Part shown: piece after piece, positions 38,381 through 50,159 of the stretch | Position numbering within the stretch: position 1 is the stretch's first letter | Layout of the letters: every line of letters begins with the position of its first letter | Source: Mobula hypostoma | Taxonomy: Eukaryota | Assembly: GCF_963921235.1 (NCBI RefSeq) | Contig: NC_086097.1 | Coordinates: 105,092,001 to 105,156,000, forward strand | Length of the DNA: 64,000 nt | Direction of reading: 5' to 3' | Position numbers and translations under genes: made by a program | Notes under the pieces: model-generated | Told to the model about the DNA's origin: nothing | What the model saw: only the letters and a program-made list of their open reading frames with translations | The model's database searches: none

Positions 38381-38943
38381 ACACACATCAAAGTTGCTGG
38401 TGAACGCAGCAGGCCAGACAGCATCTGTAGGAAGAGGTACAGTCGACGTTTCAGGCCGAGACCCTTCGTCAGGACTGACAATGGCCTGGTGCTCCTTAGT
38501 GGGGTCACGATCGAGGGGTAAATAAGAGGAGGTATCCGCGAGTTGTCGCTGTGCCTCGGCAAGGTAGAGGTCAGTATGCCAGACTACAACAGCACCCCCC
38601 TTATCAACGGGTTTAATAATAAGGTTAGGATTAGTGCGGAGGGAGTGGAGAGCAGAGCGTTCCGAAGAAGTGAGATTGGAATGGGAGCAAGGTGCGGTGA
38701 AGTCAAGACGGTTGATGTCCCGTCGGCAGTTAGCGATAAAGAGATCCAGAGCAGGCAGAAGACCAGAGCGGGGTGTCCATGAAGAAGAGGAGGGTTGAAG
38801 ATGGGAGAAGGGGTCATCGGTGGGAGTGGAAGAGTCCTTGCCGAAGAAGTAGGCTCGGAGACGGAGACAGCGGAAGAAGAGTTCCGCATCATGGCGAACA
38901 CGGAACTTGTTGAATTTCCAGCATCTGCAGAATTCCTGTTGTT
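38381..38943 (-). mobile_element. Rearranged Penelope-like insertion (pLTR + RT fragment + inverted pLTR end), 13-bp TSD
   Basis: TSD CACCTCACAATTA at 38368-38380 and 38944-38956. Minus strand encodes LRTNPNLIIKPVDKGGAVVVWHTDLYLAEAQRQL (Penelope RT KPADKG motif). Confidence 0.88.
38441..38476 (-). ncRNA. Minimal type I hammerhead ribozyme motif
   Basis: Identical 36-mer to 5889-5924: AGUC CUGACGA AGG GUCUCGG CCU GAAAC GUC GACU. Confidence 0.8.
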
Positions 38944-39789
38944 CACCTCACAATTATTTGGGTTGAACTCCATCTGCCACTTCTCAGCCCAGTTTTATAT
39001 CCTATCAATGCCTCGCTGTAACCTCTGACAGCCCTCCACACTATCCACAACACCTCCAACCTTTGTGTCATCAGCAAATTTACTAACTCATCCCTCCACT
39101 TCCTCATCCAGGTCATTTATAAAAATCATGAAGAGAAGGGGTCCCAGAACAGGTCCCTGAGGTGACTGACTCCATGCAGAATATGACCCGTCTGCAACCA
39201 CTCTTTGCTTTCTGTGTACAAGACAGTTCTGGATCCACAAAGCAATGTCCCCTTGGATCCCATGCCTCCTTACTTTCTCAATAAGCCTTGCATGGGGTAT
39301 CTTATCAAATGCCTTGCTGAAATCCATATACACTACATCTACTGCTCTACCTTCATCAATGTGTTTAGTCACGTCCTCAAAAAATTCAATCAAGCTCGTA
39401 AGGCATGACCTGCCTTTGACAAAGCTGTGCTGACTGTTCCTAATCGTATTATGCCTCTCCAAATGTTCATAAACTCTGCCTTCTCCATGTTCTGCATGAA
39501 CTCTCATGGACTTAACCTAAGTTTCATGCATCAGGAGAACATGGTGCTCTGTGCAAACAGTGGAAGGAGCGGATCAGCTCTCTAATTATCCATACACCCA
39601 CCTCTTCAACCCCCTCCTGTCCCACCTGTGGAGAATCTGCAGGTCCCACATTGATCTCATCAGCCCCTTAGGAATGAACCTTGGGGACAGTCAGTGTGAG
39701 GGGAGTCTTGGGATTAGGTATAGAGGATTAGGAGTTAATAAAGAAGCCTCTGTGCACATATAGTAAAATGTGAGGTCTTTGTATTGCAG

Positions 39790-39970
39790 GGAGAGACTGG
39801 ATAAAGGGGACAGCAGAATACGAACTGAGGCTCTGTCATGCATTGGTCTGCTTGGAGTGATGACGGGAAAACTGATGTCCAGCTTCCTAGACTGCTTCAA
39901 GGATGATTTCATTTGTGTGCGGAGAGAGGCGTGCCTGACTGCTGGTCTGCTTAAGTTAAAAGATGAGAAG
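39790..39970 (+). CDS. HEATR4: HEATR4 exon C (ERLDKGDSRIRTEALSCIGLLGVMTGKLMSSFLDCFKDDFICVRREACLTAGLLKLKDEK)
   Basis: TTGCAG acceptor, 181 nt, GTACAT donor, phase 2/0, matching exon B. HEAT-like repeat similar to recalled '[25 protein letters not shown]'. Confidence 0.92.
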
Positions 39971-40189
39971 GTACATCATTCTTTTTGCTGCAGATTTCAA
40001 CACCTACAGCCTCTTCTGTCTCCAACAGATTTCTCTAAAACATTTGGCAGGGAGCATGTGATTTTTGCTCCCTTTCCTGTAATCAGGTCAGAGCAGATTT
40101 TATCATTTTGAGCTGATTCAACAACCTATACATAGGCAGTGTTCTTAATTATTTACATGATGTAGAACACTGATCAGACATAAATTACT

Positions 40190-41110
40190 TATCCCAAATT
40201 TCTGCTCCTGCTAAATTTCCTAATTTCACTTTCTTTGTTGTTCTTCCATAATTGCCCTTCTCTAACTGGGTGTATCAAATTCCCAATTTTCTAATCCCTA
40301 AATGTCCATTTCTGTTTCTCCATTCCCCATCTTCTATCCTTAACTTCCAGTCCAATAAGTGACTGTTCCTAATTTCTCTTCTCAAATGTGGTGGAGTGCT
40401 GTTCCAGTGTCTTCCTCAAGTGCAAATTAGATACATGAGGAAATGTCGCAAGGTTATAGAAAGAGTTGGTTAGTGCAACAGAGGGCTGTTGTGGCACAAA
40501 AGCAATGGGATGCTCATTCTCCACCTGTCATGTAACCATTCCATGATACAGAGATATTGGAATATTTCATCCCAAACTGCCCAATCCAAATTTACCTTTC
40601 CTAATTTCCTTTCCTATTTGCCCTTCTCTAATTTCTCACTTCTAATGTCCTTTCCCTTGTCACCCAATTTTAAAACAGAAAAAGATGGAAACTTATTTCA
40701 TCAGAAGTAAAACATCATTTCTGTATCTTTTAAAAGCTGCCTGATCTGTTGAGTTTTTTCAGCATCTTCTATTTTTATCTTGGATTTCCAGCATTTCTAT
40801 TTTTACTTTGCTTCCCATCCCAATCTTTCAGTTTCTGATTTTTACCAGTCCCAATTTTAAAATATATTTTTCCTATGCCTTTTGTCTATCCTTAGCTCCT
40901 CACCTTAATTTCCTGACCTGATTTCCCATCCATGAGTGGCTGACCCCAGTTTCTCCTCTGTAATTTCCCATACCATACTAATTTATCACTCATTGCCATC
41001 CATAAGTTCACATTTCTAACCACTTTTCCTTAAGAGCCATTCCTAATTACACATCTTTTGTTTCTCATCATGTTTTTCTATTTCTAATTTCACCAAGTTC
41101 AAACTACCTG
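40190..41110. repeat. G-poor low-complexity tract with recurring CCTAATTTC/CCCAATTT motifs (resumes ~42190-42430)
   Basis: Visible C/T strand bias and repeated short motifs. Contains a decayed pLTR-like piece at ~40670-40800. Confidence 0.6.
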
Positions 41111-41149
41111 CTGAATTTACTAGACTATACCTGTCCATTGCTAAGTGTC

Positions 41150-41710
41150 CAGATTCTGAACTTGGCCAGCCATATACGCAATGCTATAGGAGCAGGTATA
41201 AAGCTAAGAATCTTGCAGCAAGTTACTCATCTTTTAACTCGAAGGCTGTCCACCATCATCAGGGCTCAAGTCAGGAGTGTGAGGAAGCACTCTGCACTTG
41301 CCTGGATGAGTACAACTTCAACATTCAAGGAGCTCAGATGATACTGGACATAGAAGACAGCTTGATAGACCTGCCATTCACAATCATTCACTCATTTGAC
41401 CACTAATGCACAGTAGCTATATCATCTACAGGAAACACTGCAGCAACTCACCAAGACTCCTTGGACAACACCTTCCAAACTAATAACCTCTGTAAGACAG
41501 AACAGGAGCAATAAAGACATGGGACACCACCCCCCGAAAGTTGCCCTCCAACCCAAACACCATCCTGACTTGGAAATATATCACCATTCCAGGTCAAAAT
41601 CCTGGAACTCCCTCCCTAACACATTGTGGGTATACCATCAGTTTAATGACCGACCATTTCAAGAAGGCATCCCACCACTACCTTCTCAAGGGCAATTAGG
41701 AGTGGACAGG
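41150..41710 (+). mobile_element. Ancient LINE 3' end (clade uncertain)
   Basis: LSTIIRAQVRSVRKHSALAWMS resembles LINE ORF2 'LY...VR..LEY....W'; later KSWNSLPN..TTCAAGAAGGC. Confidence 0.5.
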
Positions 41711-41754
41711 TTCAGACTGAACCAGCCCATACCTTGAACAAATATAAAACTCAA

Positions 41755-42165
41755 AGATATAAGATTATTTAATGTCATTTCCTGTATACAAGTGTGAAGA
41801 AGGAAATAGTTGTTACTCCAGATCCAATGCAGCACAAAGAATCCCACAAATGATAAAGAATATAATAGTCATAAAGAACACAGTAAAGATAAACACATAA
41901 AATAGCTTATATACGAAGATTGATTGCATGTGTATAAAGTGATGCTAGGCACAGGGATATTTGTATGTAAGGTGGAGGAGCGGGTTAGCGGGTGGGGAAC
42001 ATATCAGTTTGTGAGTCTGGTGGTCCTGGCAGGATGCTACGTAGCCTCCTCCCTGATGAGAGTGGTGCAAACAGTGGGGTGGGTAGGTTCCTTCATGTTT
42101 TTTGGCACCTTTCTGTATACATGTCCTTGATGGCATGTAGGCTGGTGGCAGTGATGCGATTACCT
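41755..42165 (-). mobile_element. Rex1/Babar-like 3' fragment
   Basis: Minus-strand remnant ..QDMYTERC..HP.H..F..L.SGRR.RS..ART.R; tail GAAATGACATTAAATAATCTT. Confidence 0.55.
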
Positions 42166-43415
42166 GTTGGAGGCCCTGCTACAGTCTGTCCTCTTGCCAA
42201 TTCCAATCTGTAGTTATTGCTCGTATCATTGGTCATCCTTAATTTCCTGCTCCAATTTTCCAAAATCTTGTCTTTCATGTTTTCACATTTCTCATCACAA
42301 ATTATCCTGATGTATCTCATTCCTAATCCACTATTGCCATTTCCTGACCTCAAAACTTCCCACTCCTGACTGTCCATTCCAAACTGCCCATCTAATTTAC
42401 TGTCCCAAATTTCTTGCCCATGTGATTTCTGCCCCTACATCTGAAAACTACCCGAGTCACTGAGAAAGAACTCACTCACAGTCTGTTGGCCACTGAATTG
42501 TAGTATTTTGACAAAGCAACATTTCTAAATGTGGAGGTCCTTGTGTTATGTGCTGCTTTCCTTCCAGTTGTGGGTTCTGCTCTGCATCCCATAGTTAGTA
42601 TGAGTCATGGGAACACTCTGTTTCTCATTGACAAAGTTCCTGCATTAGCCCTGAACTGAATGAGTGGGGATCAATGCCAAATGAATGTTTCCCACTGATC
42701 CAGTCCCCATCAAACTCTTCACTGGGTTTAGGAGTTTCCAGTACCACACACACTCAGATCTTGACAACCATGCTGCTGCCCAGCAAGACCCATTCTGATT
42801 GACAGCTGTGATGCACAGGATAAATCCGGAGATCCTCGGTTTAGGGTGGGGACAGTCATGGTAGGACACCTAAGGGTTCCAGAGGCTAAGGAGGACTGCA
42901 GAGCATTGAAAGGTTAATTGGAAGGTGAGGTGGAAGAGACAGGAACAGTGGGTCACCCAATCCACAAAACTTCCTGAGCGACTGGTCATCATGGGCTGCT
43001 AGAATGATGCCGATTGAAATTGTCCCACTGTCTATGACAGGAACCCACACATCAAGAACAGCCTGGCCACACTGCCTCACCCAACAACTTCATAGGGTCA
43101 AAGATGGAAACAAACCCTATGGCCCACACATCCTCTCTTGTGCCACCTGAGGCCAATGCTCAGTCGTGGAGATGCTGCACTCACCTCCATGTTCCACTTT
43201 GTAGAGAATCAAAGGGTCAGTAAGGAACACAGCCTTCCACTGATTCATCTCCATTTACTCCAGCTGTGTAGTTGAAGAGCATCTTTTCTAGGCTGATGTC
43301 AGTCAATCCAGTGATGTTGAGTAGGGCAAGGTCCTTGAGAACCTTTTACTATCAAGAGTTGTGGTCTTGTTGAGGGGCACTTAAAGTCTGAGTGTAATCC
43401 TTGTGTCACCTGCAG

Positions 43416-43485
43416 GTCCTTCATCATCTGCTGTACCTGATGCAGTCCGACCACATCTGGAAAGTGAAGGCTTATGCAATCAAGG
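43416..43485 (+). CDS. HEATR4: HEATR4 exon D (VLHHLLYLMQSDHIWKVKAYAIK)
   Basis: CTGCAG acceptor, 70 nt, GTAGGT donor, phase 0/1. Resembles recalled '[23 protein letters not shown]'. Confidence 0.9.
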
Positions 43486-44482
43486 GTAGGTGTGATGACA
43501 TTCCTTTGTCAAACAACCCTGGGATGTACAAATGCAGTATTTCCTAGAGTCAAACAGCATGGAAACAGACCCTTCGGCTCAATGTGTCTATGCCAAACTA
43601 GGTGCCTCCATGCTCCATGATCTAGTCCTATTTGATTGTGATTAACTCCAAACCTTTCCCATCCACATACCAATCCAAGTGTCTTTTAAACATTGTAATT
43701 GTATCTGCCTAGACCACTGGCAGCTCATTCCACACACCCATAAATGCTGAGAGTTCTTTACATAAGCACTTAAGCCAGGGTCAACAATGGATCTGGTCAG
43801 GCTTATCCAATGGTTGTATGAATCGAGAGAAGGTCCTTCCTTTGAAATATTCTGCCATTGGGAGCAAGCTGGTGACCGGGACGGTTGGGGCAGGCGTGGA
43901 AGGAAGAGTAAGGATCTCCTTGGAGGGGCATGGGAAAATGTCAAATGGGAAACTGAGTTCGTTCGTAGAGCGGATAACCTGTTTGAGATGATGTAATGAT
44001 AGTGTTCACTCGATGAAAGACAAGCTGTATTGTGGCTGACTGCAGATTTCTGCAAAATTTATTGGACTCATGGTCTTGGACTATATTTTTTGTGAGTATA
44101 TTTTACTGATATCTTATATGTACTCAATATCTTAAATGAGCTATATGTGCCTTGGTCCAGAGTGGTGCCATCTCATTTGGCTGTATTCATGAATAGTTGA
44201 ATGACAATTTATCTTGAATTAAGAGGCACTGTTCAAGTTCAAGTTTAATTGTCAGTCAACTATCCATGAATACAACCAAACGAGATAGTGTTACTCTGAG
44301 GCCAAGGTGAAAAATACAGCACAAGGCACATCTAGCTCATTTAAGATATCGAGTACTGTCACACACAACACACATTCCTTGAATGTTGTGGCCTGCAGAT
44401 CAATGGTGCATGCCACAGACAAATGCGATCCAGCTTGTCTTCCACCAAGTGAACACTAGAGGGCAGCACTAAAAGGAGAAGC

Positions 44483-45356
44483 AATGCAATTGCAAAAGGA
44501 CGTGGTCAGATTGGAAGACTGGTCAAAAAAGTGGCAGATGGAATACAGTATTGGGAAATGTATGATAATGCATTTTGATAAAAGGAACAATAGTGCAGAC
44601 TATTATCTAAATGGGGAGAAAGTTCAAACATCAGATTTGCAGAGGGACTTAGGAGTCCTCATGCAAGATTCCCAGGAGGTTAATTTACGGGTTGAGTCTG
44701 TGGTAAAGAAGGTAAATGCAATGTTGGCACTTATTACAACAGGAATAGAATATAAAATCAAGGAGATAATACTGAGCCTTTATAAGACGCTAGTCAGGCC
44801 ACACTTGGAGTATTGTCAACAGTTTTGGGCCCTGTATCTCAGAAAGGATGTGTTGTCATTGAACAGAGTCCAGAGGAGATTCACAAGGATGATTCCAGGA
44901 ATGAAGGGGTTAACATATGAGCAGCATTTGGCAACTTTAGGCTTGTCCTCACTGGAATTTAGAAGAATGCAGAGGGATCTCATTGAAACCTACTGAATGT
45001 TGAAAGGACTAGATAGGGTGGATGTGAAGAGGATGTTTCCTGTGGTGGGATTATCCAGAACCAGAAGGCAGAGCCTCAAAATTGAGCGGTGACCTTTTAG
45101 AACAGAGGCAAGGAGGAATATTTGTAGCCAGAGAGTGCTGAATCTGTGGAATGCTCTGCCACAGACTGCAGTGGAGGCCAAGTCCATGGGAATATTTAAA
45201 GCGGAAGTTGATAGATTCCTGATTGGTCGGGGCATCAAGGGGTATGGTGAGATGGCAGGTGTATGGGTTTGAATGGGATCCGGGATCAGCCATGATGGAA
45301 TGGTGGAACAGACTTAATAGGCTGAATGGCCTAATCCTGCTACTATGTCTTATGGA
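44483..45356 (+). mobile_element. CR1 3' fragment
   Basis: ORF 44484-44996 (WQMEYSIGKC, QRDLGVL, LVRPHLEYC); tail TGTCTTATGG. Confidence 0.88.
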
Positions 45357-45914
45357 CCCCCAACCCAGCACCGAATCCAGTGGCATGCAGCCAGCTCTGA
45401 CTTCTTCTTCCCTGGCAACTGCACTGGGTGACCCTGAGGCACATGAGCCTAATCTGCAGAACAACTGAAGCCATGTAGCTCCCCATTGTCAGTCTCGCCA
45501 ATGAACCAGTGAATTGGACTTGCAGTATTCTGCATTACCAAAATCCAGCAAGATCATGCAATCACAATAAAATTGTCCAAGCCAGTCATTTCCACCATTT
45601 GTTGGACCACAAACTTCCTCTGACATCTTCTTCCCTGGGTGGCTGAAGCAGTACGTAACAAGTCCAGCTCCACTACTATCCAGCAACTTGCTAGTGGGGT
45701 ACTCAATTATCTTGATAACTATATTTATTGCTATATTTATACTCTATTCTTGGTTGGGGCAACTGTAACGAAGATCAATTTCCCTTGGGATCAATAAAGT
45801 ATGACTATGACTAACTAGCAGTGTCTTGCAATTGTACAAAAATGACAAAGGACAAACAATTTATCTTCGTTTGGACCCAGAGAGGCGTGCTGCCACTTTC
45901 CTGGAAAGTTCATA

Positions 45915-46690
45915 GTGAAAGTCATTGTGATCTTGATCAGTTAGGGAAGTGGGCCAAAGAGCGGAAAATGGATTTCAATACAGATAAGTATGAGGTGCTG
46001 CATTTTGGAAAGTCAAACCAATGGACGACTTGTACTGTGAATAGTCGTGCACGAGGGAGTGTAATGGTATAGATGGAACTAGTACAAGTGGGAATGGAAT
46101 CACATTAGACAGGGAGGCGAAAAAGCTGTTTAGCAGGCTGGCCCTCATTAGTCAAGACGTTCAGAATAGGAGTTGGTACATCAATGTTGCAATGGTATGT
46201 GTACAGTTTTGGTCACCCTGTTATACGAAAGAAAGAGTTAAACTGGAAAGAGTTCAGAAAGACATAAGTTGCCAAGTCTGGAGAGCCTGAGATATAGGGA
46301 GAGATTGATTAAGTCATGTCTTTATTCCTTGGAGCATAGGAAAATGAGGGACAACCTTATAAAAGCGTTTAAAATTATGAGAGGCATTGATAGGGTGGCT
46401 GGCAACAGTCTTTACTCTAGGGAAGAGGCATCCATAACTGAGGAGTATTGACTTAGGGTCAAAGAGAGTAAAGATTTAAGAAAGTCCCGGGGGGCAACTT
46501 TTTCCATACAGAGGGCAGTGATTATAAGGAATGAACTGTATGGAATGAAAGCAGGTATGACCAAATCACTTAAGAATTATGTGCTGGGGGTGGGGTGGTG
46601 TGTTTAAACTGATATGGGCCAATGCAGGAAATTATGACAAGCTGGTGGAAAACATGATCATATCCATGCTGTATTGCTCATAACTCTGAG
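45915..46690 (+). mobile_element. Old CR1 3' fragment
   Basis: DLDQLGKWA..MDFNTDKYEVLHFG and YSLEHRKMRDNL motifs. Confidence 0.75.
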
Positions 46691-47208
46691 AGACTTGAGT
46701 ATTAGGTTAGTTAAAGATTGAACACAGTCCAAAAGAAAGATTTTGACTTAGAAACATCCACTTCACTCCATTGATGCTGTCTGATCCACTAAGTTCTTGC
46801 TCTTTGGGTGTTGCTCCAGATTCCAACAGCTGCATTGTATCTTCAAAGTTTTACCCAACATCAAAACAGATTTCTTCCCACTGGTTAAGACTTACCAGGG
46901 ACTTGATACACAGTGGAACTTTGTGTAAGAGATATCAAATAATGTTTCTGGTTAGGCTCACGAACACATCACCCAGCCTTAATGCAAAGTGAAGTGACAG
47001 TAACATTTGCTTGTAACCTTCTGCTGTCCTATATGGCCCTCCTGTCCTGTTGTCAGAACTGAGGTGTAGTTCCAGGCACTCCCTCTATGGACCAATGGAT
47101 TGTGGAAGTTTGTCTGCACATTTTCTTGATATGTCTTAATTCTATACTGAGTACCAGGCTCTGATTTTGTTCACTCTTATTCTTGTTACTTGCACCTTGA
47201 TGGAGAAG

Positions 47209-47398
47209 CTTTAGGTGCCATTGGCCATGTAACCCAGGAGCTGAAAGATTTGTTGCTTTGGGCACTTCATTACGAAAATGAACCTGGCATACGAATGGAA
47301 GCCTGTAACACTATTGCGACCCTGAACTTACAGGATGCCAAAGTACAAAGTGTTTTAAGACAGCAGCTCCTGGTGGAGAACGACCCACTGGTGTGGAA
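47209..47398 (+). CDS. HEATR4: HEATR4 exon E (ALGAIGHVTQELKDLLLWALHYENEPGIRMEACNTIATLNLQDAKVQSVLRQQLLVENDPLVWK)
   Basis: GAGAAG acceptor, 190 nt, GTAAGT donor, phase 1/2. Resembles recalled '[33 protein letters not shown]'. Confidence 0.92.
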
Positions 47399-47879
47399 GT
47401 AAGTGTGTGTTCAGTGTAATCCAGAGATCCTTGGGAGAGCAACTGCCACAGCCCCAACCTAATGTACTGACAGTGTTCCTGTTTCCTGTCTGCACTGTTT
47501 CCTGTTCAAGTCTATGCATCTGAAGGTAGAGATCCAAGATCGTAATATTTGTGACCATGTCTGTGTCTGTTGTGTTAGAACACTTGTATTGTACCAGACC
47601 ACTTGATCCAGGTGGTTCATGTCAAAGATTACGTTCCACACAAAGTGTTCCTACTTCTCATCTTCCCCTGTAAGTAATCTTTTTGTTCCCTTCTACGTAA
47701 TTATAACCTGTACTTTTTGAATCAACGGTGCTTTGTGGTGGCACTTGTAACATTGTCAGACTACAGTAACATTCATTGGAGCTGGGTGGAGACTGCACAT
47801 TCTTCCTGTAACTATACAAGTTTCCTCCCCACTCCAAAGATGTACTAACTGGTAGGTTGCCCCTAGTGCAAGTGACCGA

Positions 47880-48528
47880 TAGAATCAGAATCAGGTTTAT
47901 TATCACTGGCATGTGACGTGAAATTTGTTAACTTAGCAGCAGCAGTTCAATGCAATACATAATCTAGAAGAAATAAAAAAAATAAAAATAATAATAAATA
48001 AGTAACTCAATTACAGTATAAATATATTTTAAAAAAGTGAGGTGGTGTACAAGGGTTCAATGTCCATTTAGGAATTGGATGGCAGAGGGGAAGAAGCTGT
48101 TTCTGAATTGCTGAGTGTGTGCCTTCAGGCTTCTTTACTTCCTTCCTGATGGTAACAGTGAGAAAAGGGCATGCCCTGGGTGCTGGAGGTCCTTAATAAT
48201 GGATGCTGCCTTTATGAGACACCGCTTCCTCAAGATGTCCTGGGTACTTTGTAGGCTAGTACCCAAGATGGAGCTGACTAGATTTACAACCCTCTGCAGC
48301 TTCTTTCAGTCCTGTGCAGTAGTTCACCCTCCCCCCCACCATACCAGACAGTGATACAGCCTGTCAGAATGCTCTCCAAGGTACATCTATAGAAGTCTTT
48401 GTGTGTATTTGTTGACATGCCAAATCTCTTCAAACTCCTAATGAAGTATTGCTGTTGTCTTGCCTTCTTTATAATTGCATCGATATGTTGGGACCAGGTT
48501 AGATCCTCAGTGATCTTGACACCCAGGA
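47880..48528 (-). mobile_element. Rex1/Babar LINE 3' fragment inserted in a decayed V-SINE (~47725-48600)
   Basis: FLGVKITEDLTWSQHIDAIIKKARQ..FYRCTLESILTGCITVWYG; tail AATAAACCTGATTCTGATTCT. Confidence 0.8.
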
Positions 48529-48624
48529 ACCCAGGAATCTGGGGGAGAATTAATGGGAATGTGGAGAGAAAAAGACTGGGATTAATGATAAGGCTAGAGT
48601 AAAGGATAGCTGAATCCATACTAT

Positions 48625-50155
48625 AAGGCCATAAGATATAGTAACAGAATTGGGCCATTTCACCCATTGAGTCTGGTCCACCATTTTATTGCTGCTGATC
48701 CTAATCACCTACTTTCTCCCCATATTCCTTGATGTCCTGGCTAATCAAGAATCTATCAACCTCTGCCTTAAATATACCCAATGACTTGGCCTCCAGACCC
48801 ACCTGTGGCAATGAATTCCAGATTCACCACTCATCCCCCTTCTTAAAGGATGCCCCTCTGTTGAGGCTGTGTCCTCTTGTTTTAGACTCTCTCACTACAG
48901 GAAACATCCTCTCCACATCCACTCCATCATTCAACAGATTTCAATGAGGTCACCACTCATTCTTCCGAATTCCAGTGAACGCAGGTCCTGTGCCATCAAA
49001 CACTCTTCATATGACAAGCCTTTCAATCCCGGAATCATTTTCGTGAACCTCCTTTGAACCCTCTCCAACGTCAGCATATCCTCACTTAGATAAGGGACCC
49101 AGAACTGCTCACAATACTCGATGAGGCCTCACCAGCGCTTTATAAAGCCTCAACATTACATTCTTACTTTTATATTTTAGTCCTCTTGAAGTTAATGCTA
49201 ACATTGCATTTGTCTTCCTTACCACTGACTCAAACTGCAAAATAACCTTCAGGGAATCCTACACGAAGACTCCCAAGACCCTTGGCACCTCAGATTTTTT
49301 TTCTCCCCATTTAGAACATTGCGTATGCTTTTATTTCTACCAAAGTGTATGACCATACGCTTCCCAACACTGTATTCCACATACCACATCTTTACCCATT
49401 TCCTAATCTGCCCAAGTCCTTCTTGTAGCCTACTTCCACAAAACTACCTATCCCTCCACCTATCTTCGTATCGTCCACAAACTTGGCCATAAAGCCATTA
49501 ATTCCATCACTCAAATCATTGACATATAATGTACAAGGAAGTGGTCCCAACACAGGCCCCTGTGTGACACCACTAGACACTAGTCTTTGCGTGCTGCCAA
49601 TCAGCCAAAGCTCTCTCCATGCTAGTATTTTTCCTGTAATATTATGGACTCTTAACTTGTTAAGCAGCCTCATGTGTCACGTTGTCAAAGGCTTTCCGAA
49701 AATGCAATAACATCATCAACTAATTCTCCTTTGTCTATCCTGCTTGTTCTTTTTTGAGAGAATTCCAACAGATTTGTCGGGCAAAATCATGCTGACTATA
49801 GACTATTTTCTCACGTGCCTCCAAGAACCTCAAAATCACATCCTTAACAATCAACTCCAAAATCTTCCCAACCACTGAGGTCAGACTAACTTGCCTATAA
49901 TCTCCTTTCCTCTCTCCCCTCTTGAAGAGTGGAGTGAAATTTGCAATTTTCCAGTCTTTCAGAACCATTTTAGAATCTATTGATTTTTGAAAGATATTAC
50001 TAATGCCTCCACAATCTCTTCAACCACCTCTTTCGGAACCCTGGGGTGTACACATCTGGTGTAGGTGACTGATCTACCTTCAGACTTCTCAGTTTCCCAA
50101 GATTCATCTCTCTAATAATGGCAACTTTGCTCATTTCTGCCCTGACACTCGACAC
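48625..50155 (-). mobile_element. Old CR1 RT + 3' end
   Basis: DWKIANFTPLFK, GVTQGPVLGP and KFVDDTK motifs. Confidence 0.8.
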
Positions 50156-50159
50156 CTGA

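Larger units (their letters stand above)
37617..39482 (-). mobile_element. 5'-truncated CR1 carrying a Penelope insertion
   Basis: ORFs 39088-39507 and 37769-38320; tail (CATAGAAA on the + strand) at 37617. Confidence 0.9.
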
